DNA from: Obrimoposthia wandeli
Taxonomy: Eukaryota
Reading direction: 5' to 3'
Assembly (NCBI GenBank): GCA_977020255.1
Contig: CDROCS010002105.1
Coordinates: 62,001 to 126,000, forward strand
DNA: 64,000 nucleotides
Shown here: positions 39,658 through 49,550 of the stretch, one piece after another
How positions within the stretch are numbered: position 1 is the stretch's first letter
How the letters are laid out: every line of letters starts with the position of its first letter
The notes under the pieces: model-generated
Seen by the model: only the letters and a program-made list of their open reading frames with translations
Told to the model about the DNA's origin: nothing
Databases searched by the model: none
Made by a program: the position numbers and the translations under genes

Positions 39658-40674
39658 ATGCAAAATACACATTTAAAGCAAGAAAAAATCCTTACTGGTG
39701 ATAGAGCAACAGGTCCTCTGCATTTAGGGCACTTCGTGGGCTCGTTACAACAGCGTGTACTGCTGCAAGAACAGTATGATCAAACGGTGTTGGTAGCAGA
39801 TTTACAAGGCTTAACAGATAATGGACATAACCCTCAGAAAGTCTCTTCTAATATTTTAAATGTGGTTGCCGATTATTTAGCTGTAGGTATTAACCCGTCT
39901 AAAACCACTATCTGCTTGCAATCCGCGATTCCTGCGTTGTCTGAACTTACTATGTATTATTCAAATCTTGTTTCTATTTCTCGATTAGAGCGAAACCCTA
40001 CGGTTAAAAATGAAATTAAAAGTAAGGAATTTGGACGTTCAATTCCAGCAGGCTTTCTGACTTACCCCATAAGCCAAGCGGCCGATATTACAGCCTTCAA
40101 AGCAACATTAATTCCGGTAGGTGAAGATCAATTACCGATGCTAGAGCAAACCAATGAAATAGTAAGAAGGCTTAACCACATTGCAAAAAGAGAAGTGCTG
40201 GTGGAATGCAAAGCCTTATTGAGTAAAGTACCACGCTTACCGAGTGCTGACGGCAAAAGTAAGATGTCTAAATCAATGGGTAATACCATCATGCTTGGTT
40301 CATCGGCAAAAGATATCTCTCGTTCAGTTAAATCCATGTATACCGATCCGAATCATTTATGTGTGAACGATTCTGGTCAGGTTGAGGGCAATATTGTTTT
40401 TACCTATCTAGATGCATTTCACCCTGATGCCGAGTATGTACAATCATTAAAAGAACATTATCAACGGGGTGGTTTAGGCGATGGGACAACCAAGAAAATT
40501 TTGGAAGAGTGTTTACAAGAAGTGCTAAGACCGATACGTGAACGCAGAGAACATTATTTGTCTGATAAAGCAGAATTGATTGCCATTTTGAAGCAGGGTA
40601 CAGATAAAGCTCGCGACGAATCTGAAGCCGTATTGGAAGATGTTAAAAGGGCGTTTGGCTTGAACTTTTTCTAA
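39658..40674 (+). CDS. trpS: Tryptophan-tRNA ligase, auxiliary TrpRS II type
   Basis: TGDRATGPLHLGH (HIGH), YPISQAADI, PVGEDQ, KMSKS. Confidence 0.95.
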   Translation: MQNTHLKQEKILTGDRATGPLHLGHFVGSLQQRVLLQEQYDQTVLVADLQGLTDNGHNPQKVSSNILNVVADYLAVGINPSKTTICLQSAIPALSELTMYYSNLVSISRLERNPTVKNEIKSKEFGRSIPAGFLTYPISQAADITAFKATLIPVGEDQLPMLEQTNEIVRRLNHIAKREVLVECKALLSKVPRLPSADGKSKMSKSMGNTIMLGSSAKDISRSVKSMYTDPNHLCVNDSGQVEGNIVFTYLDAFHPDAEYVQSLKEHYQRGGLGDGTTKKILEECLQEVLRPIRERREHYLSDKAELIAILKQGTDKARDESEAVLEDVKRAFGLNFF

Positions 40675-40682
40675 ACGAGCGT

Positions 40683-40746
40683 AAAAAAAACCGAAGTGCT
40701 TACTGATTAGAAGTGTGAACTAACTAATAGTAACCTTCGGCTTTTT
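40683..40746. terminator. Bidirectional terminator between convergent trpS and the DUF2076 gene
   Basis: A8-CCGAAG...CTTCGG-CTTTTT with inner TTACT/AGTAA and TTAG/CTAA stems. Confidence 0.65.
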
Positions 40747-40765
40747 AAAATAGTCAGGTTAATAC

Positions 40766-41518
40766 TTAAGCATCGTCGCCAAAATCACCGAAGTCATCAC
40801 TACCGCCACCAAAGAAGCTGTCGTCACCACCACCGAATGAGTTATTGGCAAGCGAGTCGTCACTAAATCCAGAGTCGCCGAAGCCTGAATCGCCAAAACC
40901 TGCATCACCAAATCCACTTGTTGAGTCGCTAAAGCCTGAATCTCCGAAACCACCAGATGAATTAGAATAGTCAGAAGCAAAGCTATTCGATGAATCGTCT
41001 AAGAAGCCACCTGAACTCTCATCGGTAGATGCCAGTTCTTCTGCACTAGTATCAGCGGTAGGATCGGGTGCTGCATCTGTTGCAGTGTCTGCTGCTGCGG
41101 TATCTGCGGGTTGTTCATCATTATTGAACAACATGTTGCTAATCATGTTACCTGCAACCATACCGACAGCAACGCTTGCTGCTGTTTGCATGAAGCTACC
41201 AAAGGCACTTGGTTGGTTCATTGGTTGTGGTGGTTGCGGAGCAGGGCGGTTGCCTCCCATCATTTTGCTAAACGTGCCGCGATTAGATTCTGATTTATGG
41301 TGCTCAACGCTTTTTTCTAAGTAATCATTTTTTTGTTTCATTTCTTTTAATGCCATTTCTTGAACCAAAACTGCTTGGGTCAATTTGTAAACAGCATCTT
41401 GTTGTGAACCGATTTCGTTACCGATCAGTTGGTCTGCATCAGTATCTTTTGCTTTCGAAGGGCTTTGTTTTAGCTTATTCGCAACGTTCTGAATCAGTTC
41501 TTTTTCTTGTGGAGTCAT
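40766..41518 (-). CDS. DUF2076-family protein with an acidic SGFGD-repeat tail
   Basis: MTPQEKELI..., AVYKLTQAVLVQE, SFMQTAASVAVGMVAG, low-complexity C-terminus. Confidence 0.8.
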   Translation of the reverse strand: MTPQEKELIQNVANKLKQSPSKAKDTDADQLIGNEIGSQQDAVYKLTQAVLVQEMALKEMKQKNDYLEKSVEHHKSESNRGTFSKMMGGNRPAPQPPQPMNQPSAFGSFMQTAASVAVGMVAGNMISNMLFNNDEQPADTAAADTATDAAPDPTADTSAEELASTDESSGGFLDDSSNSFASDYSNSSGGFGDSGFSDSTSGFGDAGFGDSGFGDSGFSDDSLANNSFGGGDDSFFGGGSDDFGDFGDDA

Positions 41519-41718
41519 TACATTTACCTTTTAATTACCTCTGGTATTTCGATGTTGAGCCCGAGGTAATATTATCAATCATTATTATGACGCACATCCT
41601 ATCTTATGGTTCATATATCTACTTACTGACTTGTGTAACATTATGTTGCAAGTGAGCAATGAGTCACCATGAAGAATGAATAAAAAACAATTGATTAGGA
41701 ATGGTAAATGATCGATAT

Positions 41719-41745
41719 AAAAAATCCGACATGGTGTCGGATTTT
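41719..41745 (-). terminator. Terminator of yceJI
   Basis: AAAATCCGAC-ACCAT-GTCGGATTTTTT on the minus strand. Confidence 0.7.
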
Positions 41746-41790
41746 GTGGTGATTTTCAAAAAATCGTTGTATATATTTTGTCAGGTAACG

Positions 41791-42360
41791 TTACTGGCGA
41801 ACACCTTCAACATGCAGCTCTAAATCGGCATAGCTTGATTCACCCATAACAGGCACGCCAAAGTCTTCAAGTACTATACGTGTTGTACCTGTAAAGCCTG
41901 CACGGTATCCACCCCATGGGTCTTCACCTTCACCAATAAATTGTGCATCGATAGTAATTGGCTTCGTCTCACCGTGTAAGGTTAAATCTCCCATAATAGC
42001 TAACTCACCATTACCTTTGTCTGTCACTTTCGTACTAGAAAAAGAGGCGGCTGCGTATTTTTTAACATCTAAAAAATCACCGCTACGAACGTGCTTGTCG
42101 CGTTCTGCATGGTTAGTATCAAAACTGGTGGTATCAACATTTACCGATACTTTTGATGCCGAGATATCTTTAGGGTCGTAGCTAAAAGTACCGTCAAAGG
42201 TATTAAAACGGCCTTTAATGTAGCTATAACCAAGGTGTTCAATTTTAATGTTAATGGATGCGTGTGCACCCTGAGTATCGATCACGTAATCTGCTGCTGA
42301 CGCAATATTTGGCATTGTCATTGCGGTAAATAAGCTTAAAGCTAATAGCTGTTTTTTCAT
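41791..42360 (-). CDS. yceI: YceI-family polyisoprenoid-binding periplasmic protein
   Basis: Signal peptide, YVIDTQGAHASI, ERDKHVRSGDFL, GDLTLHGETKPI, DPWGGYRAGF. Confidence 0.92.
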   Translation of the reverse strand: MKKQLLALSLFTAMTMPNIASAADYVIDTQGAHASINIKIEHLGYSYIKGRFNTFDGTFSYDPKDISASKVSVNVDTTSFDTNHAERDKHVRSGDFLDVKKYAAASFSSTKVTDKGNGELAIMGDLTLHGETKPITIDAQFIGEGEDPWGGYRAGFTGTTRIVLEDFGVPVMGESSYADLELHVEGVRQ

Positions 42361-42899
42361 TTTTCTTTAACTCCTAACATTTTGGTTAATGTATTGTCTT
42401 TATTAATAAAGTGATGCTTTAACGCTGCAATAGCGTGAATGACAACGAGTGCAATTAAGCTAAGAGCAAGGTAGTAATGTACTTCCCCTGCAATATCAGC
42501 TTGGTTTTCAAAGAGCTCTCCTAGTGCAGGTACAGAGAACCAATTAAATACGTCGATTGATCGCCCATCGGCGGTCGAAATGAGGTAACCCGATATAAAC
42601 AAGCTAAACATAAGAAGGTACAACGCACTGTGTGCAAGTTTAGCTGAAGTAATTTCCCATGCGGCCCCTTTAATCTCAGGGTGACCTTTAAATGAGCGCC
42701 ATAACAATCTGAAAATAGTGGTAAAAGCGAGTAGTAAACCAACCGATTTATGCCAATGTGGAACGGGCTTGTACCATTGTGAATAATAGTTCAAGTCAAC
42801 CATCCATAACCCAACAGCAAACAAGCCGATAACGGCAAGTGTCGTTACCCAATGTAAAGTAATTGATACCCAATCATATTGGTTTGGCTGATTTTTCAT
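42357..42899 (-). CDS. yceJ: Cytochrome b561
   Basis: Four TM segments with heme His ligands (LHW, WHKSVG, LAH, VHYY, IHAIAALKHH). Overlaps the yceI start. Confidence 0.9.
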   Translation of the reverse strand: MKNQPNQYDWVSITLHWVTTLAVIGLFAVGLWMVDLNYYSQWYKPVPHWHKSVGLLLAFTTIFRLLWRSFKGHPEIKGAAWEITSAKLAHSALYLLMFSLFISGYLISTADGRSIDVFNWFSVPALGELFENQADIAGEVHYYLALSLIALVVIHAIAALKHHFINKDNTLTKMLGVKEK

Positions 42900-43245
42900 G
42901 TAAATGTGTCTTATTAACCTTCAATAACATCCATTCTAGTTTGTTATTGAAAAGTTATAACCGCTCTCAGCCGAACAAGTTATTCGATTTTTTTGAAGGA
43001 ACTATCTAAAATACTGTAGATAGAGATGCTTATTTCTATCTATTTGTTTCTCAATGATAAAAACCATATTTTTCCGTTAATGAAAAAGTGATCGAAATGT
43101 GTATTTCGTAGGGAATTAGAAGGTATGTACGGGGATATTGTGGATAGAAGCCCTTTTGTGCCGTAGCCTGGTAACTTGGGTGTAACGTAAAAGGGCTTAT
43201 TATGTTGGTGTGAAATCAGTAACAGCGTGGTAATACAGATAAATA

Positions 43246-43950
43246 CTAACGTAATATGTTGTTATCGTGACGCCAGTCCATGATGGTCCAATTTTGTACT
43301 TGGGCGTGCAGAGACAGTGCTGGATCTGGATTGACAGCAAATGGGCGATCGACAGCATCGAGCATCGGCAGATCATTGATAGAATCGCTGTAACCGTAGC
43401 TGCCTTTAAATTCAGTATCTTGATTATCTAACCATGCTTTCATTCGTATCACCTTTCCTTGTTGATAACTTAATGTGCCTTTGGTATTGCCTGTAAAAAT
43501 ACCGTTGATCGTTTCCAGTTCAATTGCGATTACATCTTCAACGTCGAGCATTGTGGCAATGGGTTTAACAAGATGCTCACTCGTTGCTGAGATAATAAGT
43601 ACGTGATCACCGCGTTTTTTATGCCATTCAATACGGGCTAGTGCATCAGGATAGAGTGCGGGTTTAATCTTTTCTCCAATAAACTCGTCAACCAGCGCTG
43701 AAATTTTTGCAGTATCACACCCCTTGATTGGCTGAAGAGTGGCTTCCATATAGGTATTCATGTCTAACGTGCCTTTCGCGTACGCTTGCATAAGGCGTTG
43801 TTCTTCTTCAAGAAGAGATTGCGGTGCGAGACCTTTTTGAACAAGAAATGCATTCCACAAGCTAGCGGAATCAGCGGCGATCAAGGTCTCATCTAAATCG
43901 AAAATAGCTAAGTATGGCTTATTGGTCTTTTTATGATTATCAAATAACAA
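43246..43950 (-). CDS. HAD-IB family hydrolase (SerB-like)
   Basis: FDLDETL, ISAT, GKV, YSDSINDLPML, PFAVNPD. Confidence 0.9.
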   Translation of the reverse strand: MLFDNHKKTNKPYLAIFDLDETLIAADSASLWNAFLVQKGLAPQSLLEEEQRLMQAYAKGTLDMNTYMEATLQPIKGCDTAKISALVDEFIGEKIKPALYPDALARIEWHKKRGDHVLIISATSEHLVKPIATMLDVEDVIAIELETINGIFTGNTKGTLSYQQGKVIRMKAWLDNQDTEFKGSYGYSDSINDLPMLDAVDRPFAVNPDPALSLHAQVQNWTIMDWRHDNNILR

Positions 43951-44099
43951 ACTGCGTATCCTTCACGAAATTAAATATATTCTGTCTTTTTAGTTGCTGC
44001 TAGATTAAGTTGTTAATGTGACAGTTTCTTTTCAAATATGTGTAATTTTAGAGTCATGAATACTGGACTCGAGACTGAATTCGCATGTGCAGACCAATC

Positions 44100-45485
44100 T
44101 TAATGTGCAACGCCACCTTGGGTCAGTTTTTCTGGGTTCAGCAGTTGTTCTAATTCTTGGCGGCTAATATTTGTTTCTTCTTCTGCAACATCAATAATTG
44201 CCCTTTGTTCTTTATAGGCTTTTTTTGCTATTTCTGCTGCTTTTAAATACCCAATCACAGGGTTAAGGGCAGTAACCAATATAGGATTTTTAGCTAGTGC
44301 GACTTGCAGGTTCTCTTCCCTAACAATAAATGTACTAATGGCTTTGTCTGCAAGCAAGGTAGAGGCATTCGCCATTAATTCGATACTTTGAATCAGATTA
44401 TGCGCAATAACAGGCAGCATAACGTTTAACTGAAAATTACCAGATTGACCGCCGACGGTAATGGTTGCGTCATTACCGATGACTTGTGCTGCAACCATTG
44501 CTGCTGCTTCTGGAATAACAGGGTTAACTTTACCGGGCATAATTGAAGAGCCAGGTTGAAGGGCTTCAAGTTCAATCTCACCTAATCCTGCTAGTGGGCC
44601 TGAATTCATCCAACGTAAATCATTCGATATTTTTAAAATCGCAACCGCTAAGGTTTTAAGCTGCCCAGATAGCGCAACAATTGCATCTTGGCTACTGAGG
44701 CTATAGAAGAAGTTATCGCTGGATGTAAAAGGAATTTCAGTTGAGATTGAAATATTATTTGCAAAGATTGCAGCAAATTCGGGTTCAGCATTGATTCCGG
44801 TGCCTACCGCTGTTCCGCCTTGTGCTAGTGCTGAAGCATTATCCAGTGCATGTTGAATACCGAGTTGTGCACGTTCGAGTTGTATTTTCCATCCTTGCAA
44901 CTCTTGACCAAGGGTGACTGGCATAGCATCCATTAGGTGAGTACGCCCTGTTTTTACAATATGGCCGATTTCTGCTGTCTTTTTATCTAATGCCTGAGTT
45001 AAGTGCTCTAATGCAGGGAATAATTGAAAATGGCAGGTCATTGCAGCGCTTACTTGAATGGCGGTAGGAATAACATCATTACTGCTCTGGCCCATATTTA
45101 CGTGGTCGTTAGGGCTTATGTTTTGCTTGGCTTTTTTCGATGCAAGTGTCGCGATAACCTCGTTGGCATTCATATTGGAACTCGTGCCCGAACCTGTTTG
45201 GAATACATCAATGGGAAATTGTTCAAGGTGTTCACCATTAATGATTTCGTGGCAGCTATCAATGATGGCATGCGCCACCTTGTCATCAAGTAATTTCAAT
45301 TCAAGATTACTTCGGGCTGCTGCCTGTTTTATGTATGCCAGTGCTTTAATAAATTCATGTGGCATTTGAATACCGCTGATCGGGAAATTATTAACTGCAC
45401 GTTGTGTTTGAGCTTGATAAAGTGCATTTTCAGGAACGTGCACGTCACCCATGCTGTCAGTTTCAATTCGATAATGTGAAGACAT
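44100..45485 (-). CDS. fumC: Class II (iron-independent) fumarate hydratase
   Basis: QTGSGTSSNMN, KTGRTHLMDA, GSSIMPGKVNP. Confidence 0.95.
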   Translation of the reverse strand: MSSHYRIETDSMGDVHVPENALYQAQTQRAVNNFPISGIQMPHEFIKALAYIKQAAARSNLELKLLDDKVAHAIIDSCHEIINGEHLEQFPIDVFQTGSGTSSNMNANEVIATLASKKAKQNISPNDHVNMGQSSNDVIPTAIQVSAAMTCHFQLFPALEHLTQALDKKTAEIGHIVKTGRTHLMDAMPVTLGQELQGWKIQLERAQLGIQHALDNASALAQGGTAVGTGINAEPEFAAIFANNISISTEIPFTSSDNFFYSLSSQDAIVALSGQLKTLAVAILKISNDLRWMNSGPLAGLGEIELEALQPGSSIMPGKVNPVIPEAAAMVAAQVIGNDATITVGGQSGNFQLNVMLPVIAHNLIQSIELMANASTLLADKAISTFIVREENLQVALAKNPILVTALNPVIGYLKAAEIAKKAYKEQRAIIDVAEEETNISRQELEQLLNPEKLTQGGVAH

Positions 45486-45495
45486 AATATATTCC

Positions 45496-45879
45496 TTACA
45501 GACCAGAGGTTAGGTGTGTTTGTTGTAAGTGTTGCTGTAGAGACAGAAGTTGCTGACGGCCTGTTTCTGAATTGCCGTAAAACTTTTGCAACGCTAAAAG
45601 TGGACAATAGATATGATCTAAGCAAATGCGGCGAAAAATATGGGATTTACTAGGCTGATTGATTGCTTCTACAAGATGAAAAAAAACGCGTCGTAAAAAT
45701 AGCTCTCGTAGAATAGGATTAAAAGTGGGGGTCTTAAGGCAATATAGCGACGCCAAGTTAAGACCTGATTGAACAAAATCGATGATGATATCTGGCTCAT
45801 AACCGGGCGTAATCCGACGGTTTAGAAACCGATCTTCTGCTTTAAAATAATGATGATACAGGGTTGAAGTGCAGTGCAT
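45496..45879 (-). CDS. Hypothetical protein co-transcribed with fumC (position analogous to Fur-associated fagA)
   Basis: 127-aa ORF ending 10 nt before the fumC start, downstream of a Fur box. Confidence 0.7.
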   Translation of the reverse strand: MHCTSTLYHHYFKAEDRFLNRRITPGYEPDIIIDFVQSGLNLASLYCLKTPTFNPILRELFLRRVFFHLVEAINQPSKSHIFRRICLDHIYCPLLALQKFYGNSETGRQQLLSLQQHLQQTHLTSGL

Positions 45880-45910
45880 GGATAGTCCTATAAAGCGGTC
45901 AATGAATCGT

Positions 45911-45929
45911 AATGATAATTACTATCATT
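45911..45929. promoter_or_regulatory. Fur box upstream of the orf127-fumC operon
   Basis: AATGATAAT-T-ACTATCATT, a 9-1-9 dyad with one mismatch. Confidence 0.8.
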
Positions 45930-46093
45930 TAATGCATTAATGTTCAAGGAAGACATCCATAAAGTTTATACCATAGACCCCAGTTCGTTATGTATTCCCT
46001 TAATTAACACGTGCTCAGCCTATTGAGGCGAACAGCTACCTAATTAATAATTAATAGGTAGCTATCGCTTGAATGCTTTGTGCCCAGTCGCAC

Positions 46094-47245
46094 TTAATTG
46101 TGTGATTGCGCGATGAGCTGAAGAAATAATCGAGATGATTTCTCGATCAATGCATCGGGGAAATCATAATCAGGGTTATGCAGTTCTGGGTGATCAGTAC
46201 CGCTACCGATGCAAAATAAAGAGCCTGGCCATTGATGCAAAAATTCCCCCATATCTTCAGACCAACGCATTGGTTCTGTGGGTATAACAACATCATAGTT
46301 AAGTGATTGTGCAGCAGTAATAACGTTTTTAGTCGTTTTGGGGTTATTCATGGTTGCGCTAAAAGGCTCTATCCATTCAATTTGCATTTCAAGTTGATAA
46401 CAATCTGCTTGTTTTTGGGCAAAATCCAGTAAATTTCGTTTCATGTAATTGAGAATGTAATTATCACTACTACGAATAGTGGCCATCACTTCGGCACGCC
46501 CTGGCGTTGTACCAAACCCTTTATTACCCACATTCACATGAACAAGCGTGACTAAACTAAATGCTTCTTTAAACGCCTCTGGCATGTGATGTAGGTAGTC
46601 CATTAAACGTGCAACAGCGGGGGCAGGGCTATGACCTTTCTCTGGTTTTGCAGCATGAGATGTTTTCCCTATCAGGGTGATTTTAACGCCAGTTGATGCA
46701 CAGGCAAATACACCGTCTTTAACCACCACAGTACCTAACGGATAGCCTGGTAAATTATGATAAGCATAAACCGCATCGGGTTGAATGTCTTTCAGGCGTG
46801 GATCTTGCAACATTTTTTTTGCACCGACGCCGATCTCTTCTGCAGGCTGGAAGAGTAAAAAAACGGTACCAGATTGAGGAGGCGCTTGGCTTAACTGATT
46901 AGCAACGGCTAACAGGCTAGCAACATGTCCATCATGCCCACACGCATGCATACAACCGTGATTGCGTGAAATATGATCATGTTGTGATTTTTCAGTGATC
47001 GGTAATGCGTCGAAATCAGCACGGAGCAGAGTTATTGGGCCCGGATTCCCACTTTTGATTTCAACAAGAATGCCATAACCACCTATATTAGTTTTAGGCT
47101 CAAAGCCAAATGTTAGGAGCTGATCGGTAATTTCTGATGCTGTTTTATGTTCATGAAGTGAGAGCTCTGGGTAGCGATGAAGATGATGCCTAAAGCGTAC
47201 AGGGTTGAAGTTGATATCATTATTAACGGTCATATTATTCTTCAA
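46094..47245 (-). CDS. M20D-family amidohydrolase
   Basis: HRYPELS, LRADFDALP, MHACGHDGH, FQPAEE, SEDMG, LHNPDYDF. Confidence 0.9.
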   Translation of the reverse strand: MKNNMTVNNDINFNPVRFRHHLHRYPELSLHEHKTASEITDQLLTFGFEPKTNIGGYGILVEIKSGNPGPITLLRADFDALPITEKSQHDHISRNHGCMHACGHDGHVASLLAVANQLSQAPPQSGTVFLLFQPAEEIGVGAKKMLQDPRLKDIQPDAVYAYHNLPGYPLGTVVVKDGVFACASTGVKITLIGKTSHAAKPEKGHSPAPAVARLMDYLHHMPEAFKEAFSLVTLVHVNVGNKGFGTTPGRAEVMATIRSSDNYILNYMKRNLLDFAQKQADCYQLEMQIEWIEPFSATMNNPKTTKNVITAAQSLNYDVVIPTEPMRWSEDMGEFLHQWPGSLFCIGSGTDHPELHNPDYDFPDALIEKSSRLFLQLIAQSHN

Positions 47246-47289
47246 TCGTTACAAGGTGCCTCACTGTACTTGTCGATCAGAGATTATTA

Positions 47290-47305
47290 TGTGATCAATT
47301 TCACG
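47290..47305. promoter_or_regulatory. CRP-like site between the amidohydrolase and PepSY genes
   Basis: TGTGA-tcaatt-TCACG. Confidence 0.6.
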
Positions 47306-47436
47306 GTGATACTTAATCTAAGCTGCCAGTACGATATATTGCTCTGGTATGATTGCTATATACCCAACAAATTCTCGCTGAAACGAGCATCTTGAGGTAA
47401 CTTGGGTATATAAGGTTGATAGGGTTAGGAAGTACT

Positions 47437-47718
47437 ATGAAAATGTTAATAGCGAGTAAATCATTGTTGTTGACGATGGGTTTGATAGTCGCTACGCCGG
47501 TGCTGGCCGACCCCAATGGATCGACTGAATCGATGGCGATTAGTGTGCCAAAAGTGATGAGATTATTGCAGGCTCAGGGGTATCATGATTTCCGTAAAAT
47601 TAAGATAGAACATGATCAGAGTGAGATCGAAGTAGAAGCACGAAATCAAGGTGGTCAACAGGTTGAACTTGAAGTCGATCTTTATACTGGAAAAATTCTT
47701 GGCGTAGAGCGCGATTGA
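47437..47718 (+). CDS. PepSY-domain secreted small protein
   Basis: Signal peptide; LQAQGY...KIE...EVEARN...ELEVDLYTGKIL. AGGA RBS before the ATG at 47437. Confidence 0.85.
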   Translation: MKMLIASKSLLLTMGLIVATPVLADPNGSTESMAISVPKVMRLLQAQGYHDFRKIKIEHDQSEIEVEARNQGGQQVELEVDLYTGKILGVERD

Positions 47719-47744
47719 TTATCGCGCTATTCTTATTGAATAAA

Positions 47745-49169
47745 TTATACCATCAGCATTGCACATGACTGAGCGGGAAGTTGCAATATAAACCCAGTTT
47801 TACTATCGAGTGAAGGTGGTAATAGTTTCACTTCCTTCATATTTATAATTTCTTTAATTTCAGCATGGTTTTGTTGACCGTATGTTATCGGTAGTTCATA
47901 ACTGACGGCTTTTTCACCTTTGTTAATGGCAACTACCCCATGATCGCCACGAGAAAAAACCAATAAATCTTGAGTCTGTTCAATAATAGCCATCGGTTGG
48001 CAGTGCATAATGTTGTGAAAGTGAATCATATTAGTCAGAATTGGATCATTCCAAGCGTCACACCAACGGGGGTTACCACGACTGTTCTTAATACCGCTAG
48101 TATCTAAATCGGTATAAACGAGTGGAACACCACCATCTCTACCTAGAATATAACAATAGGCTAATCGTTCATTCTCTTCTGACATTACCTGATCTAAAAA
48201 AACGTCATTATTGGGAATGTCATGAGTAATCGCAAATGTGATTGCGCGCTGGTTTTCTAATGCCGAACCCAGAGAGTAAGGGTTGATTAGGCTTGCCATA
48301 GAGGCATTTTTATTAAAAACATCAAGTACGGTGTGAAAAAGTGGAAAGTCGTAAGCACCTAAGGTTGTTTTTTCAAGATAAGGCTGAAGAAACAGTTCAT
48401 ACTCTTCTTTGGTCGCGCCACCGTCGGTAATTATTTCGCCAAAAATATGCATGTCTTCAGTGATATCTTCATCACACAACTCTTGAATATGATCAAGTGT
48501 CATATGTTTGGCTGCATCTATTCGAAACCCCTTCACACCGATTTTTTTTAGTGCTTTTAGGTAAAGTTTTTGTTTTTTTACTACATTTTTGTTGTTTTTT
48601 AAAGTCGGTAAACCCGGATCAGAGCCACCGCTACTAATTCTACCGTGCTGAACTTGCCAAGGATCTTTCCAATCTTTTATTGGAAATGCCGATAAAAAAT
48701 CATCTTTGGTAAATAACGGTTGAGATAAATCACCAAATAATTTGATTGAATCGAAATATTCTTTCTTGTTCTTATATTGGCTAATGATATTGCTATTAGG
48801 GTAATTTAAGTCATTCCTTTCATGTGACTCATTAGCCATATGATTGAACACAATATCTGCATAAATATCTATGTCATGACGATTTAATGTTTCTATCATC
48901 TTTCTGAAATCATTCGTGTTACCGAGTTGGTTGTCGATGACTCGATAATCTTGAGGTTGATAACGTTGCCACCATTGAGTGCCACCTTTTGAATGAAAAG
49001 ATTTCAGTGGTGGAGAAACAAGAATAGCTTTATATCCATTGTCAGCAATGGCTTTGGCGTCTTCAGTCACTTTACTGTAAGGCCAGTCGAAGGCGTGCAA
49101 TATTACATTAGTTGCAATAGATGGTGCTGATAAAGTTGATGCATATTCAGTATTAAATAGAGAAGTCAT
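47745..49169 (-). CDS. Cytoplasmic alpha-amylase (GH13)
   Basis: ILHAFDW, WWQRYQP, DIVFNH, GFRIDAAKH, FGEI, FAITHD. No signal peptide. Confidence 0.9.
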   Translation of the reverse strand: MTSLFNTEYASTLSAPSIATNVILHAFDWPYSKVTEDAKAIADNGYKAILVSPPLKSFHSKGGTQWWQRYQPQDYRVIDNQLGNTNDFRKMIETLNRHDIDIYADIVFNHMANESHERNDLNYPNSNIISQYKNKKEYFDSIKLFGDLSQPLFTKDDFLSAFPIKDWKDPWQVQHGRISSGGSDPGLPTLKNNKNVVKKQKLYLKALKKIGVKGFRIDAAKHMTLDHIQELCDEDITEDMHIFGEIITDGGATKEEYELFLQPYLEKTTLGAYDFPLFHTVLDVFNKNASMASLINPYSLGSALENQRAITFAITHDIPNNDVFLDQVMSEENERLAYCYILGRDGGVPLVYTDLDTSGIKNSRGNPRWCDAWNDPILTNMIHFHNIMHCQPMAIIEQTQDLLVFSRGDHGVVAINKGEKAVSYELPITYGQQNHAEIKEIINMKEVKLLPPSLDSKTGFILQLPAQSCAMLMV

Positions 49170-49550
49170 AATTTAATAGCCACGTTTTGAGACAAATTTT
49201 CAAACTGAATAAATACTATGGGTAATTATTCTATTTGTAATCATCATATACGCACATTTAGTGGTATGAGAATAGGGGGAGTAGCTTTGCTTAGCTGATT
49301 ATTTCTCACCATATTGGAAATATGAACCTTTTATAAAGTTTTGGTAAATGGTATTTATACGCCACTGATGGAGTATGCTTTATAGGTCACGCTATAGTGA
49401 AATATGAAATGAAATTACATTTACCTACAGTTTGTAATAAATTATTTTTTTTGTAATTATACATCACGTTTCAGTGCGTACTAATTCTCATGTAGCATAT
49501 CGTGTGGTATATATACATTAGATTGCTTAATTTCAACAAGGAGGTACACC

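Noticed and set aside
40766-41000. CRISPR or DNA repeat array
   Set aside because: The repeats are degenerate codons of a protein repeat, with no spacers and no cas genes.
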